The notes beneath the pieces are model-generated. The model was not told where the DNA came from. It saw only the letters and a program-made list of their open reading frames with translations, and made no database searches. This document shows, one piece after another, positions 26,639 to 39,035 of a stretch of DNA of 64,000 bases; position 1 is the stretch's first letter, and each line of letters opens with the position of its first letter. Source of the stretch: Octopus sinensis (lineage: Eukaryota); assembly GCF_006345805.1 (NCBI RefSeq), contig NC_043013.1, forward strand, positions 21,018,001 through 21,082,000. The letters run 5' to 3'. The translations under genes and the position numbers were made by a program.

Positions 26639-26718
26639 GTTGTGGCCCACATCTACGATATGTGCCTGATAACATAATTGAACTATTTTACTCTTTTGCT
26701 GACTGCAGTCAACAATAA
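26639..26718 (+). CDS. Candidate terminal coding exon, copy A (GCGPHLRYVPDNIIELFYSFADCSQQ*)
   Basis: TTTCGTTTTCAG acceptor; duplicated at 30682-30761 with mostly synonymous-compatible differences. Confidence 0.3.
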
Positions 26719-29444
26719 TGGCGGACATCATCTTGTTTGGTCCTTTTTTTCTTATTAAAGAGGCTCATTGCATTCTTTTTCATTGAGATAAACAAATTTG
26801 TGGTCAAATAAATTCATAGAGAAAGAAAGACTCCAAGGTTTAAGACAACATACATTTAAATCATTGAGTCCAACTAGCTGTAGATAGACACCATGCTGAA
26901 ACTTAGCCTCTCCCAGTAAACACAGTCCACCTATGTAAATACACCTCGTCAGTAATACAACAGAATCGCTCTAATAGTACCTATTGCTGTAAAAATTAGG
27001 TAAAGGACCAGTCTGGAATACTGTATCAATCATTTCCATGAATTTACATCGATTCGATTCAATAAAGACAAAATATGCAATAATATATCATTTTAATTAA
27101 CTATAAATTTGTGGGTGTGTTTGATAGAATAAGTTTAAATCAAATATGACATTTTATATATATTGAAGATATAAAAGGTTTGTTTTTTTTATCTGACCCG
27201 GGTCTTAGTAGCAACTAACAGAAGTGTTGATACCATAGAACACTGATAAATAAATGAGTATAAATAAAGCAGTATTATTACACCTTGATAAAACATCTAT
27301 TCACTATCACATTTTTACTAATATCTGCTTAATTTTGTCCTCTTCTTGTTCATATACGTACAACACAGCATTGCTAGTTTATCTTCGAATATTTGTTTAT
27401 CACGAGGTTTATTGTTTAAAAGATATAAGCTGTACATCTAATGAAAGTGAATATACTATATATATGAAACAGATTGCTGCTTGTTATAATGGCATTCAAC
27501 CTCGATAAGGATTTGCCGCCATTTGACTGAACATGATTGGTCTATATTTATGAGGAAGAACGAAAATCACCGTGAGTGAAGTGACCAAGAATGAAAAATG
27601 AATATAGACAAAGTTCCGGTCTCACAGTGAGATTTCCTGTGTCGTCCCAGCAATATATTGAATTATTAATGATATATTAAACACTAGATTTCTTTTCTCA
27701 GAACAGATAGTAGTAAACATATATCTAGGTTAATATATTGAGACCTCCTATAATATGAACATATAAGAACAATGTGATCAAGTTGACAATGTATCGGATT
27801 GAATTCTCATTGATTGCTGTTCAAATTCATTGCATGTGATTCACGTGGTCGTGTGGTGAAAGAATACGTTTTATAATATTTGCTCATTTCACGTTATTGC
27901 CGAGTACATGTACTTGATTTCTTAAGGAAATGTTTGTAGGCAACGATCACCTCTTAAATTTAAAGGATTAAGCAATATTCATCCTAAATCAATACACCGT
28001 ATTTGGGTGTGTGTGTTCCTGTGTTTGTGTGCGTATATGTGTCTGCCTGTCTGTCTGTATTTATGTCTATTTGTTTGTTTGTCTGTCTACACCTCTTGTC
28101 TTTGCTGACCCTCCAAAACTTTGGTTATTGTGTGCCTACGATGGCTTAGTAAATATAAATTTATTACATAATTGTAACAAAACTATTTACTGACTGTTGT
28201 CGTGGACATACTCCCAGAGATGTCTGATCGAATGCTTAAGAGCAACTGAGAGACCCATTCCCCATTAGTTTTATCGTTCCTCGGTTGATATTGAACTGTG
28301 GATAAATAGTATAGTTGAAAATTTAATGTAGTATGGTAATTGAACTGATATTTGTGTGGCATTGCTATTATAAATGAACCATTTATCTCCTGTGAATACT
28401 CTTTCTTCATAAATATGTTGATGTGAAATACTGCAACATATTCCCTCGCGCCTAAAACAACAAAATTAGACGGATACGCCATCATGTCTATGATCATTGA
28501 TATTTCATTAATTACTTAATTTAATAGTATACTTCGATATATCTGCACTAAATATTAACTGTGTTTAGCTATTTTTGAATTCTGTACTCAGGTAACAAAC
28601 CAATTTAGTTTCATTACCTAAAAATATTGTTATCCAAATTAACAATTAGCCGTTTCCATCTTAGGTACCGAATATTACCGATTATCAGGAAAACAAGGAG
28701 GCTGAACATTTATAATACTTATCCCGACACCGTGTCGTTTTACGTTTAAATCCCTCTAAGATTAACTTTGCTTTTCATGTACCTGATGATTGATATATGT
28801 GTGTGTGTTTGTGTGTATGTTTCCTTGGAAGTATAGGTTTCTGCATTAAAACAACAAATTAAGAGCATAGTATAGTTTCTCTGTAAAGCAGTGGAAGTTT
28901 TATGTCGTCTTTCAGCATTCCGTGTTCAAATCGGTATAAGATTGTCTTGGTATGTCGAGATAAGCTTCATCGGTCACCGTGTCTTTAACAGAGCACACTC
29001 GTTATTATTATTGAACATCATCACCTGGTTCTCCGATGCTCTCTGGACAGTTCACTATGTTATAAGCAATCTCTCTATATCTCTATATCTCTATATCACT
29101 TCCTCTTCGACTCACCAGTCGCGGTGACCCTGACAAGCGTCACTGCTACTCGTTAAGTTTTTTTATTTATCTTTATATGACTTAGATAGCATCTGTATAT
29201 AAGAGTTGACATAACTTCTAAAGTATATTCTGGGTGAAACCTGTTTTGCATGTACCACACTCCAGGAAAGTGTGGAGTTTTGCCCGAAATAGTAGAAACC
29301 TTCTGATTTAACTCGCTCTCTACTTGATTGTTGATTTCGTTTGTCATTTACCCAGTGCAGATAAATAATTATCATATATCCATTTACTCAATTAAGCCCT
29401 TTCCATTAAAGTAGATGATCAATATGAGAAATTGATATTGATAA

Positions 29445-29650
29445 GGCGATGGGTTGGTAAACTCGTTAATGCTTCAGAAAAAAATTATTTGCAACACTTC
29501 CTATGTTTTCTTGCATTCTGAGTTCAAATCCCGCAGAGATCAACGTTTCTTTTCATCCTTCCAGAGTTGATAAAATAAGGTACTAGTCAACTGCTAGTGT
29601 CGACTGAATCGGCTAACTCTATGTCTGTAAATCTTTTGACTTGTGTATCT
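29445..29650 (+). mobile_element. SINE family 2, diverged
   Basis: TTCTGAGTTCAAATCCCGCAGAGATCAAC..TTTCATCCTT core. Confidence 0.65.
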
Positions 29651-29656
29651 TATAAT

Positions 29657-29716
29657 TGAATGAGAGAGTAGCACATGCCATCAAAGTGACGTTGGGGTAC
29701 AAATATACGAAGACCA
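29657..29716 (-). mobile_element. Short 3'-terminal fragment of the TAA-anchored element
   Basis: TGAGAGAGTAGCACATGCCATCAAAGTGACGTTGGGGTACAAATATACGAAG matches the 6527 end. Confidence 0.7.
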
Positions 29717-30681
29717 TTTGTATCCTTTCACAGATTAAGGTCTACCTATCAAAAATCTCCTCTGAAATTTTTCATCGCAGTTCTCAAGATGCCAAGGATC
29801 ATGTCCTTGTAATGCTTTATAGTATGAAATCTTCAGATGCTGGACTTCAAGGTCCTTTAACATTCCACGTTTTCTTTTTCTTTTAAATTTGCATCAAATT
29901 TGCATTTCGCATCTATTACAGAACACATTTTCTTATTATCTACGACTAACAGCTATTGTGTTTTCTTCTTCACTTTATGTAGAACAGTGGTATAACGATA
30001 CTCCAATCGTGAGAAACTGAAAAGAAATTTTCTTAAACAATGATAATTAACTAATAATTAAGCTAGAGTGCTTAACTGCAACTAAACCAATACTTGAATA
30101 AACATACCTTTCCAATGTAATTAGGATTAGGGATGGTTAATAGAAAGCAAATGAAAAGGGATTGATGGATTCATGGCATCTTACTAATCTGTATGAAGAT
30201 TAAAGTCCACGGGAAGTTTGGTTGTTGACTACTCTTTACCTCCACATTTTAATGGATTTTAATTCAGCTATAGTTGAACGAATTTTAACTGCACGTGAAT
30301 ACATTTCTCTGCATTTATATTGGGAATTGCAGATGTGCAGCAGTGCATTATTTTAATTAGGGAGCATTACAATAAGTGTTTCTTAATTTGTTGTCCTGTG
30401 CCATAGACTCACTATCGAATCGAGACTAAAGAAATACATAGTACTGCACGATCATGTCTATATTTTTTTATACCAGCTGTAGCTTCATCGTTTTCCTCTG
30501 ACACTGTGCCATCCTGAACTTTCGATGACACAGAGAAACTAAGTTAGTTGGTGAATCTCAGTAATGATGTCTAGCCGCTTACAAAGTAACTTACCTCTCA
30601 TGGCTTCAGGTATCATGTGTGGCTAAATTTATAGTTTATATTACAAATTCACACCAATTTCAGATCACGTTTCGTTTTCAG

Positions 30682-30761
30682 GATGTGGCCCACATTTGCG
30701 ATATGTGCCTGATAACATAATTGAACTATTTTACCCTTTTGCTGACTGCAGTCAACAATAA
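30682..30761 (+). CDS. Candidate terminal coding exon, copy B (GCGPHLRYVPDNIIELFYPFADCSQQ*)
   Basis: Lies in a ~162-bp duplication of 26594-26755; acceptor and stop conserved. Confidence 0.28.
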
Positions 30762-31293
30762 TGGCGGACGTCATCTTGTTTGGTCTTTTGTTTCTTATAT
30801 ATAAATTTATAGAATTATAGTTTCTAAGAGCATTTGTATATTTTCAGTTCAAGAGTTTTAAATCGTGCCATGGGTTTTGTCCCTGAGTAAATCAGTCCCG
30901 TTAAAATTCTTTTCTTTACCATGCAACAGGTAAGACTTTAAAAGAATGATGTCTATGAACTTGAAGTGATAGAGAGTGTTAACCAGTTCTACAAAAGTTG
31001 ACAGGGATAAAATGATATGTATGCATTAAATAAAATACTATTTGATATGGTGAACACTTTCGTTTTCATGGTAGTACACTTAGTCGACTGACCATAACCC
31101 GGTTGGTATTTAAACGTTTCGATGATTCCAATGCAATTTTCAGGTCTGAGAATAATTTATTCCCACCCCTCTCATTAGTGAGCAACATAACCTTTTATTC
31201 ACTGAAATATAAAAACATCCTCCTATGATAGTTGGCTTTACTGACAAAGCGTTTATTGACCAGGCACAGAAAAAGGGTGAACTTCAAATCTCC

Positions 31294-31434
31294 TACAAGG
31301 GGGCGCTGAAAATTTTCTGGCTTTGGGTAACAGAAAATACTCCACTCAGAAAATTCTTATTACAGTTTTCTAAGCCCTGTAAAAGAACTCTGAAGGTTGG
31401 GCCTCCAAGAAGGCCTCTTCAGCACCCCGTCATA
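31294..31434. mobile_element. Mariner-derived MITE, internally deleted
   Basis: TACAAGGGGGCGCTGAAAA ... TTCAGCACCCCGTCATA ends; internal sequence shared with the 31495 and 39551 copies. Confidence 0.65.
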
Positions 31435-31494
31435 CACACACACACACGCACACACACATACACATACACACACACTTACACACAATCGCGCACG

Positions 31495-31704
31495 CACAAG
31501 GAGGTGGTGAAAGGTTCCTGGCTTCGGTTAAAAATATGAAGGGATTATGATTCTATTCTAAATATTCCCTTCTCAGATTCATACACTTATTGCAGCTGTT
31601 ATTCAATTTTCTAAGTCCTGTAAAAGGACTCGGAACGCTGGGCTTCCAACCAGGCTTTTCGCGACACCCTGAAAGTCAGGAGCTTTTCAGCAACCCCTCG
31701 TCTA
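31495..31704. mobile_element. Mariner-derived MITE (~210 bp)
   Basis: Degenerate TIRs GGTGGTGAAAGGTTCCTGGCTT / AAAGTCAGGAGCTTTTCAGCAACCCCTCG. Confidence 0.7.
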
Positions 31705-32939
31705 TGATCATATGCGTCACCTGAGACAATATAAACTGTAAATGGCTTCAATTTTTTCAGTTACAGCTGACAGTTTTCTATAAGAACACATAGTAATTGA
31801 TATGGCTATATTTGACAAGAAAGTGGAGTATATTTTCAGGAAATAGATTATTTTGCATTGTAAAGAATGAATGTATTGCTGGTATTTAACCGACCAACCA
31901 AAAAGCATGAAAGACAGAGTGACCAATGATAGAATGGCCAATGATAGTACTGATACCGCATATGAACAATATCTAAGTTCCGTGTTACCAGTAATAAACA
32001 AAACACAGTTTAGTCTATCACTGGTAAACCAAACAGTTTCATGTCTATCACGATAGACCAAGTGTTTAGTCTATCGTGGGCGCTACTCATTAACAGAAGC
32101 AAACTAGCGTTTCATCCACATAAGGAACATATGTCGTTACATTAATTGTTTTTTTTTTCTTTTTACAAACAAAAAAAATTCCTTAACAGCCTACAGAACA
32201 TCCAGTGCTAGAAATATAAGTGTTCCAATAATATATTCTTCGATTTATATCACATATCTTGACAGAATATAAAATATATATAAATGGGTGTGCGTGGGTT
32301 GTGTGTGAGTTTGCGTGTTTGTGTGGGGGCGTAAGGGGAGTGTTATCGTTGTTGTTTTGAAGTCTTAGATAAACTCAAAGATATTTGATATCGGTATATT
32401 AAATGTTATCTACAGATATAAACACATTTTTTTCATTTTTTTTCACTAATGTTTAAAGCGTTATTTACACACACAGCTGTTTCAAGTATGACTTCAGTTC
32501 ATGCTGTTGCTAGTCAAACGATTATTTACTGATACACAATCTCATATCGGAGTTGTCTCCACTCCAAGCAAGAATCTTTTCAATGTGCCAACTCAATCAG
32601 TATATTAAAAATAAAACTTCAAACAGAATATGCCGTTAAAATGTTTTCAAATAAAGCATTGAGAAATATAATTAGAAAAAAAATGTCACCAACGCTCCCA
32701 TAATCCTTTGCGGCCCAACGCAAAACGTGCAGAAACACGCCATTTTACAATCATGGAAGCGAAATAGCAAATAGCTTCAACACTTTAAAAGATTTATGTA
32801 TTTAGGCGCGCTAATTTTATAAAATGAAAAGTAAAGACCAATAAAAAAAATCTGAAAAATTGTTATTAAAAATTGTTAAACACAAATGTCGTTCTTAATA
32901 CAACATTGACACAAATATATGTATGGATGCGTGTGAATG

Positions 32940-33343
<404 letters not shown>

Positions 33344-33715
33344 TGTTTCTTTATTAGCCACACAGGGCTGCACACAGACAGGACAAAATTACAAGGTAGA
33401 GCTTTTCTTTTGGGGGCAAAAGAAGGGGGTTTGGTTTTCGATCAAAAGGAATCGTAAATGGAAAGAAAGAGGACAAAACAGAGGGGGATAAAATAAAATT
33501 TTTAAAAAAGGGGGGAAGGGAAAGGAAAAAAATTGATCAATAGGGATCGTTATCACAGAAATGTCAATATGAAGTGTAAAGGGGAGGACAGGTGAGGTTT
33601 ACCCGTGGAAAGAAAAGCCTACGGAAAAGACCACGGTAACCTCGGTCAATGAAGTCACATGTTAATTTTTTTTTTTTTTTGCAAATAAGCATCTCTCTGT
33701 ATTAATTTTTACGGT

Positions 33716-35388
33716 TCATAGAATCATAGTCAAGGTGGCTTCGTCATTCATACGTGCCATCCTTTACTCTTTTACTCTTTTACTTGTTTCAGTCATTTGA
33801 CTGCGGCCATGCTGGAGCACCACCTTTAGTCGAGCAAATCAACCCCGGGACTTATTCTTTTGTAAGCCCAGTACTTATTCTATCGATCTCTTTTGCCGAA
33901 CCGCTACATTCACCCATCTTTTTTTAAAACATTCACTAGACAAAACTTGCCTCTCTACTCTCACTTTCCTCTTCAAGTGATACTTGAAGAAGTTGATGAG
34001 AGATTGACCAGAGAGGAAAGTGTTTGTCTCTAATCCTTTCAGGCGCGTCCACCAGATACATTCTTTCGCCATAGCCACAAGTATGATAAAAATAGCTCTT
34101 CCTTCCCGTTTGAAGGAAGGAGGCGTGACGATATTAATGATAGACTCGGCTGATAAACCGACACGTCCCACACGTGACAGCAGTTGTTCGACATAAGCCC
34201 ACAGGTCGGAGATTGTTGGACACTGCACGATTGCGTGCAGAGCGGTTTCGTCACTCTGCCCGCATCACGGGCAGGTCAGCCCCGTGTCTCTCGAGCCATG
34301 CCTATAGAGCTTATCCCGAACGGGTAGCGCTTCTCGGTAGCACCACCAGGCCAGGGATCTCTGGAAGTTGTCCATAGGTCCTGGCCCGAAGGTCGTTTCA
34401 AACAGGCGGGTCAGGTATTCCTCGTCGACGCCCAGGTTTGCCCCAAGATCGTCGTCGTACCTCCCCTCCACCAATCCCCTATAGAATGCTTTGGTTGTGT
34501 TGAAATCACTCAAGCTCGACCCGGGACGGCAGAGTTGCTTGAGAGCAACGCGACACTCGCCGTGCCATTCGCCCTTCCTCAGCCTCTTTTTGATCCACGA
34601 CTGCAGTTCGGTCATGGAGACGAGCTGCGGCAACGCGTGCCTCACAAACGGCGACCACACCTGTTCACCGTCGTCTACATAGAGCCGGAGATATTGCAGT
34701 CTCAGCGCGTGTCTGCGCATCATCAACCATGGCATACCCAGCCCTCCTTTTAACGGGTGTTGACAGCAAATGGATCGCCTGACCATCGGGACGCACCCTT
34801 TCCACAAGAAGCGGAAGAGAATGCGTTCTAGTTTGGTGATGGTAGGGTCGGGACAAGGTACGACGGTCATGCGGTAGTAGATGATGGACGCGATGTACGT
34901 GTTCCGCACCTCCGCCCGACCTTTTAGGGACAGTTTCCTCTCGGCCCATTGCTGGGAGAGAGTGACCACCCTACTCGTTATCTCGTTCCAGTTCTTCTCC
35001 ATTTGGAGGTCCAGACCGAACCAGACCCCGAGCAACTCAACCGGGCCGTCTGTCCAGCGTCCCACGACGGAGGTACTGGTGGACGGCATGGGCTTGCTTC
35101 TCCAGGTGCCCAGCCGCAAGCCCACTGACTTTTCCCGGTTGATTTTTGCTCCTGTCACCGCTTCGTAGCCTTTCAGTGTCTCGCCGACCAGCTCGATGTA
35201 CTCGTGGCTTGACACTATGACGGTGACGTCGTCCGCGTATGCAGACACGCTCGTCCCGCATCCCAATTCTCGCGGGATGCCCCTCAGAGTCGCCAGCTTC
35301 CGCAGTAGTGGCTCAAGAGTCAATACGTATAGAAGCGCCGAGAGGGGGCATCCCTGACGGACCGAACGTGCAATGTCGAAAGGTCTCG

Positions 35389-35389
<1 letters not shown>
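33716..35389 (-). pseudogene. Tx1 ORF2 remnant (RT plus CX2CX8HX4C knuckle)
   Basis: ORFs 34265-35602 and 33875-34228 are in frame, split by one TGA (34265-34267); a SINE fragment interrupts the last codons; the listed N-terminus is translated microsatellite. Confidence 0.88.
33765..33906 (-). mobile_element. SINE family 1, 5'-truncated 3' fragment nested in Tx1
   Basis: (TTTTACTC)n tail plus ~120 bp of body; removing it restores ...KRWVNVARMARMNDEATLTMIL*. Confidence 0.88.
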
Positions 35390-35465
<76 letters not shown>

Positions 35466-35485
35466 TAGATAGATAGATAGATAGA
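35390..35485 (+). repeat. (GATA)n at the Tx1 5' junction
   Basis: Direct inspection. Confidence 0.97.
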
Positions 35486-36085
35486 CATGCGGGCGGACGG
35501 ACGGACGGATGCATACATACATGCACGCAACATAGCACACTTATTAAAGATATCTTTTCGTAGCCACGAGTTCTCATGTTTGATACTACTATTTGGCATC
35601 AAACCGAAAGGTCTTTATTTTTTTACCGTAACTTCGGGTTATCATCTTTCTGAGTGAAACTGCAATTTAAAGTTGCAGTCTTGTCACCCATTGTGTCATA
35701 TCAATTCTAGATGCGAATTACGTTTAAGGTAAAAGGTACACGTAATTGTAGAATAATTTCCCATCTTAATTCAAGGAGTTGGTAAGAGTAACTGACGGAG
35801 ATCCATAGATGCGCGCGCGCGCGTGTATGTGCGTGTGTGTTTGCGGGCGTGCGTACGCGTGTGTGCGTGTGAACGAACCTGTGTGTGTGAGCCTGTGTAT
35901 GTGTAATACAAAGAAATATTCATATTATCTTGATCAAAAAGCGTCAATGATGGATCGTGATCGCCAAATTATCGAACTGTGAAAGAAAGTAATATATTGT
36001 AGAGACAGTTGAATGATGAAGATGAAAATAATTAGTCGGATGTGTGACATACTAAATACTGTGACGCTGTTCTTAGTTAATCACA

Positions 36086-36086
<1 letters not shown>

Positions 36087-36178
<92 letters not shown>
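36087..36178 (-). repeat. (TATC)n microsatellite (GATA on the minus strand)
   Basis: Direct inspection. Confidence 0.97.
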
Positions 36179-37105
36179 GTATATATATATATGGATATAT
36201 ATGGATAGGTGTGTCACACATGTATGTGGATTTATAAATTCAAAGAGGGAAGGAAGTTCTGTTAACAAACAGAAATGCATTCACATAAATATACATCGAT
36301 GAAAGACACCTCTCCTTTTATAAAAACGTGTCCTGTTTTGTCCTTTCAGTTCACAAAGGTAGCAGCAGTGCAAGCACAGCATGCTCTGAAAATGCTAGCT
36401 GAAAACAGTAGGAATTGATGATTCAGTCATTTGTAAACGATCAGATAAATACTGGAAAGAGAGTGGTTTGTTTCAAATATAGATATGCCTTCTATACAAA
36501 AGGTTGTCTTACAAGCCATTAAAAATCAATATAACATGAAATAAGAGACGGGACAACTGTGGTGCTAATGTCCAATCAAACTGTATTTTGTTGGTTGAGT
36601 TTTCACAGAAATTTTTTGATGTTTCATCCAGGCGTAAACTATCAATGTTTTGTCTACCAGCATGGTGGTCCACTAATGATGAGAAACCAAGCGAACTTTA
36701 CATCCCAAACTGAATTTAATGAACATGAAACTGTCGCACGTTTTCCTACATTTTTTTCGGTTATATCCAGAAAGTATTCCTCAAACTTCGTACTATTCGC
36801 AAGCAGAAATGTGCCAGCAATTTTTAGGATTATGTTAACGTTGGAACTTACTCTACTGGTCCAAGCAAATTAATTAAAATTCTTATCCACATCTTCTACA
36901 TTTTACATACTTCAGAGTCGGATCTCAGCCACTTGTTGTCTTTTTATGTGGTTCATCGTGCTTCATCGGTTTTTGTTTTAAAGGAAAATATATTTACTGT
37001 GCGTTTAACTGTGAACAACTTTCGTTCATATTCTTATTACTTCGAACAGTGAATCATTTCCTAAAGAAAAACATTTCGTTTATTTATCGTTATATACACA
37101 CAAAT

Positions 37106-37160
<55 letters not shown>

Positions 37161-37964
37161 TGTGTGTGTAGATTGATAGATACATAGACTAAAAGAGATT
37201 GTTAAAGGAAACGAAGGTAAATTGCTATAAGATATGTTATGGACAGCTTGCTTTCACTTGCGTTGTTAGGCTGTGCACTTCATTATCTTACTCTGTTTCC
37301 TAATCAACGATAAAGTTACTAGTTGCAAGTTAATTAGAAATAACGTAACATCCTATTCGTTATACAAAATTCCAATCAAGCCGACATCTATATTATGTCA
37401 CAATTAACGTAACATTAAACGAGAACAAAAAAAAAATGAGAAAAATTTATATATTTTTCAAGAATTTTAGACTATTTCGATCCTTCCATAATCTCGATTC
37501 CAACGCCATTTTACTAGTATTGATATTCCATGTAATTAAGTTTATCCTTGAAGATCTCATAATGATTTTGGACCGTTCCATGAGAATTTAGTATTATTTT
37601 GTGTGGGAAGCAATAATGGTAAGTTTTCAGATCACACGAAGAGAATTTTGATTTTGTTTTCTTCGATTGTTATTCTACACTCTAGAGTAATAATGAATCT
37701 TTGTTAGATGAAGGTAATTTTTGAGCTGTATCAGAAATAAACCCGTATAACTATTGGAATAATATCGTTTATATATTTTTTGGTAGAATTTCAATGAAGG
37801 GGGAATATATCCTCCCACACATTTATCGTACACAACAACATAGCTTCATTAATAAAGATAGCCGCTGGGTCTGCAATAGAAGATATATTATCAACATGAT
37901 AGAAAGTGAAAGACAGAAAAAATAGAAATATTATACGATGTTATCTTTATGTCAATGAGGAGAA

Positions 37965-38210
37965 GGCACGTGACCTAGCGGTTAGGGCGCTCCACTTACA
38001 ATCGCAAGAATATGGTTTCGACTCCGGGACTTGACAGTGCACAGTGTCCTTAGGTAAAAAAAACAAAACAAATCATTCCACATTACACTAGTCTACTAAG
38101 ATGTAAATGAGTAAGTTTGCGATGGATTGGCGTCCCGTTCAGGAGAGTATTGTGGTCTTGGTCACTTATACACCACCATAGAAACTGGATGACTTGGCCT
38201 ATGATCCATA
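37965..38210 (+). mobile_element. Old tRNA/CORE-type SINE, diverged
   Basis: GTGACCTAGCGGTTAGGGCG..GGTTTCGACTCC..GTGTCCTTAGGTAA resembles the family-3 head. Confidence 0.5.
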
Positions 38211-38389
38211 CGACTCAAGACAATACTTACGATGTTAACCTAAATTATTTTGTGTGTGTCCTTTTTTGCAGCAGCCGTGCAGATTATCGCTCCATCTGAC
38301 AAATCAGCACTTCGGGAATCATATTATACCACAGCCTCACAGCCTGTTGAATTTGGTATTCCGCAAGGTTTACAAGAACCCCACCGTTG

Positions 38390-38575
38390 GCGATTTTTTT
38401 TCCTCTGTCTTCCCTTCTCGGGATCTTTCCTTCTCCTATGTTTCCGACGAAGAGCTCCGCTCGAAACGTTAAACCCTACTTCTTCCCTTCTTTCCTGAGC
38501 GTCCAATAATACTTTATTTGTTCCACGTCCTCGCGTTGTTGTGTTCTTTTGTGTTTTCTTGTTTGGATTAACTAT
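38390..38575 (+). mobile_element. Penelope-like 3' terminus with hammerhead-like motif at 38440-38474
   Basis: GTTT-CCGACGA-A-GAGC-TCC-GCTC-GAAA-C-GTT-AAAC, then a pyrimidine-rich tail ending in (TA)n. Confidence 0.5.
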
Positions 38576-38920
38576 ATATATATATATATACTCCAGATCC
38601 ACACTAACTGCAGGTTTCGAGGGAGGTGAACAATAGTTATAAATTATTCACCTTAATCGGAACCTGAAATTAACGTGGATCTGAAGTCTATTAAGCGCAA
38701 TAGAATCGGTACAATGTATGTTCCTAGGTACAGCCTTGAGATTTGTGGCATAGTCGGACACTTGTGGTCATATATTTAACTGGAATATTAATCCGTTTGT
38801 ACATCGGTATGTACCTATATATGTCTCTAATTTTTTTTAAATTATAATTTTATTTGTTAGGGAATAAAAATCCCGGCATCACAGGGGTTCAAATTATTCT
38901 CAATGAGGAAATATATATTT

Positions 38921-39035
38921 TTTTCACTTAGAGATAGTAGGCCCTTTCATCCAACCATATAAGTAGTAATTATTAAATTAAATTAAAATTCTTTTATATG
39001 GTGGGATGAATGGGCCTACTATCTCTAAATGAAAA
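38921..39035. repeat. Fold-back inverted repeat, 40-bp arms (3 mismatches)
   Basis: 38923-38962 versus reverse complement of 38994-39033. Confidence 0.88.

Larger units (their letters stand above)
33344..35389 (-). mobile_element. Tx1/L1-clade non-LTR retrotransposon, 5'-truncated, inserted in (GATA)n
   Basis: RT motifs SVRQGCPLSALLYVLTLEPLL, SAYADDVTV, GAKINREKS, LLGVWFG and LSLKGRA; knuckle CP*CGQSDETALHAIVQC; 3' UTR 33344-33715 ends AATAAAGAAACA|(TATC)n; markedly GC-richer than flanks. Confidence 0.93.

Noticed and set aside
31717-32061. 114-aa minus ORF with two hydrophobic stretches, faintly like GPCR TM1-TM2
   Set aside because: No convincing family motif or acceptor site, and hydrophobic ORFs arise easily in AT-rich DNA; a profile search would be needed.
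35390-35602. N-terminal ~70 aa of the 445-aa ORF
   Set aside because: It lies beyond the Tx1 truncation point and reads through (TATC)n and flank; it is not part of the RT.
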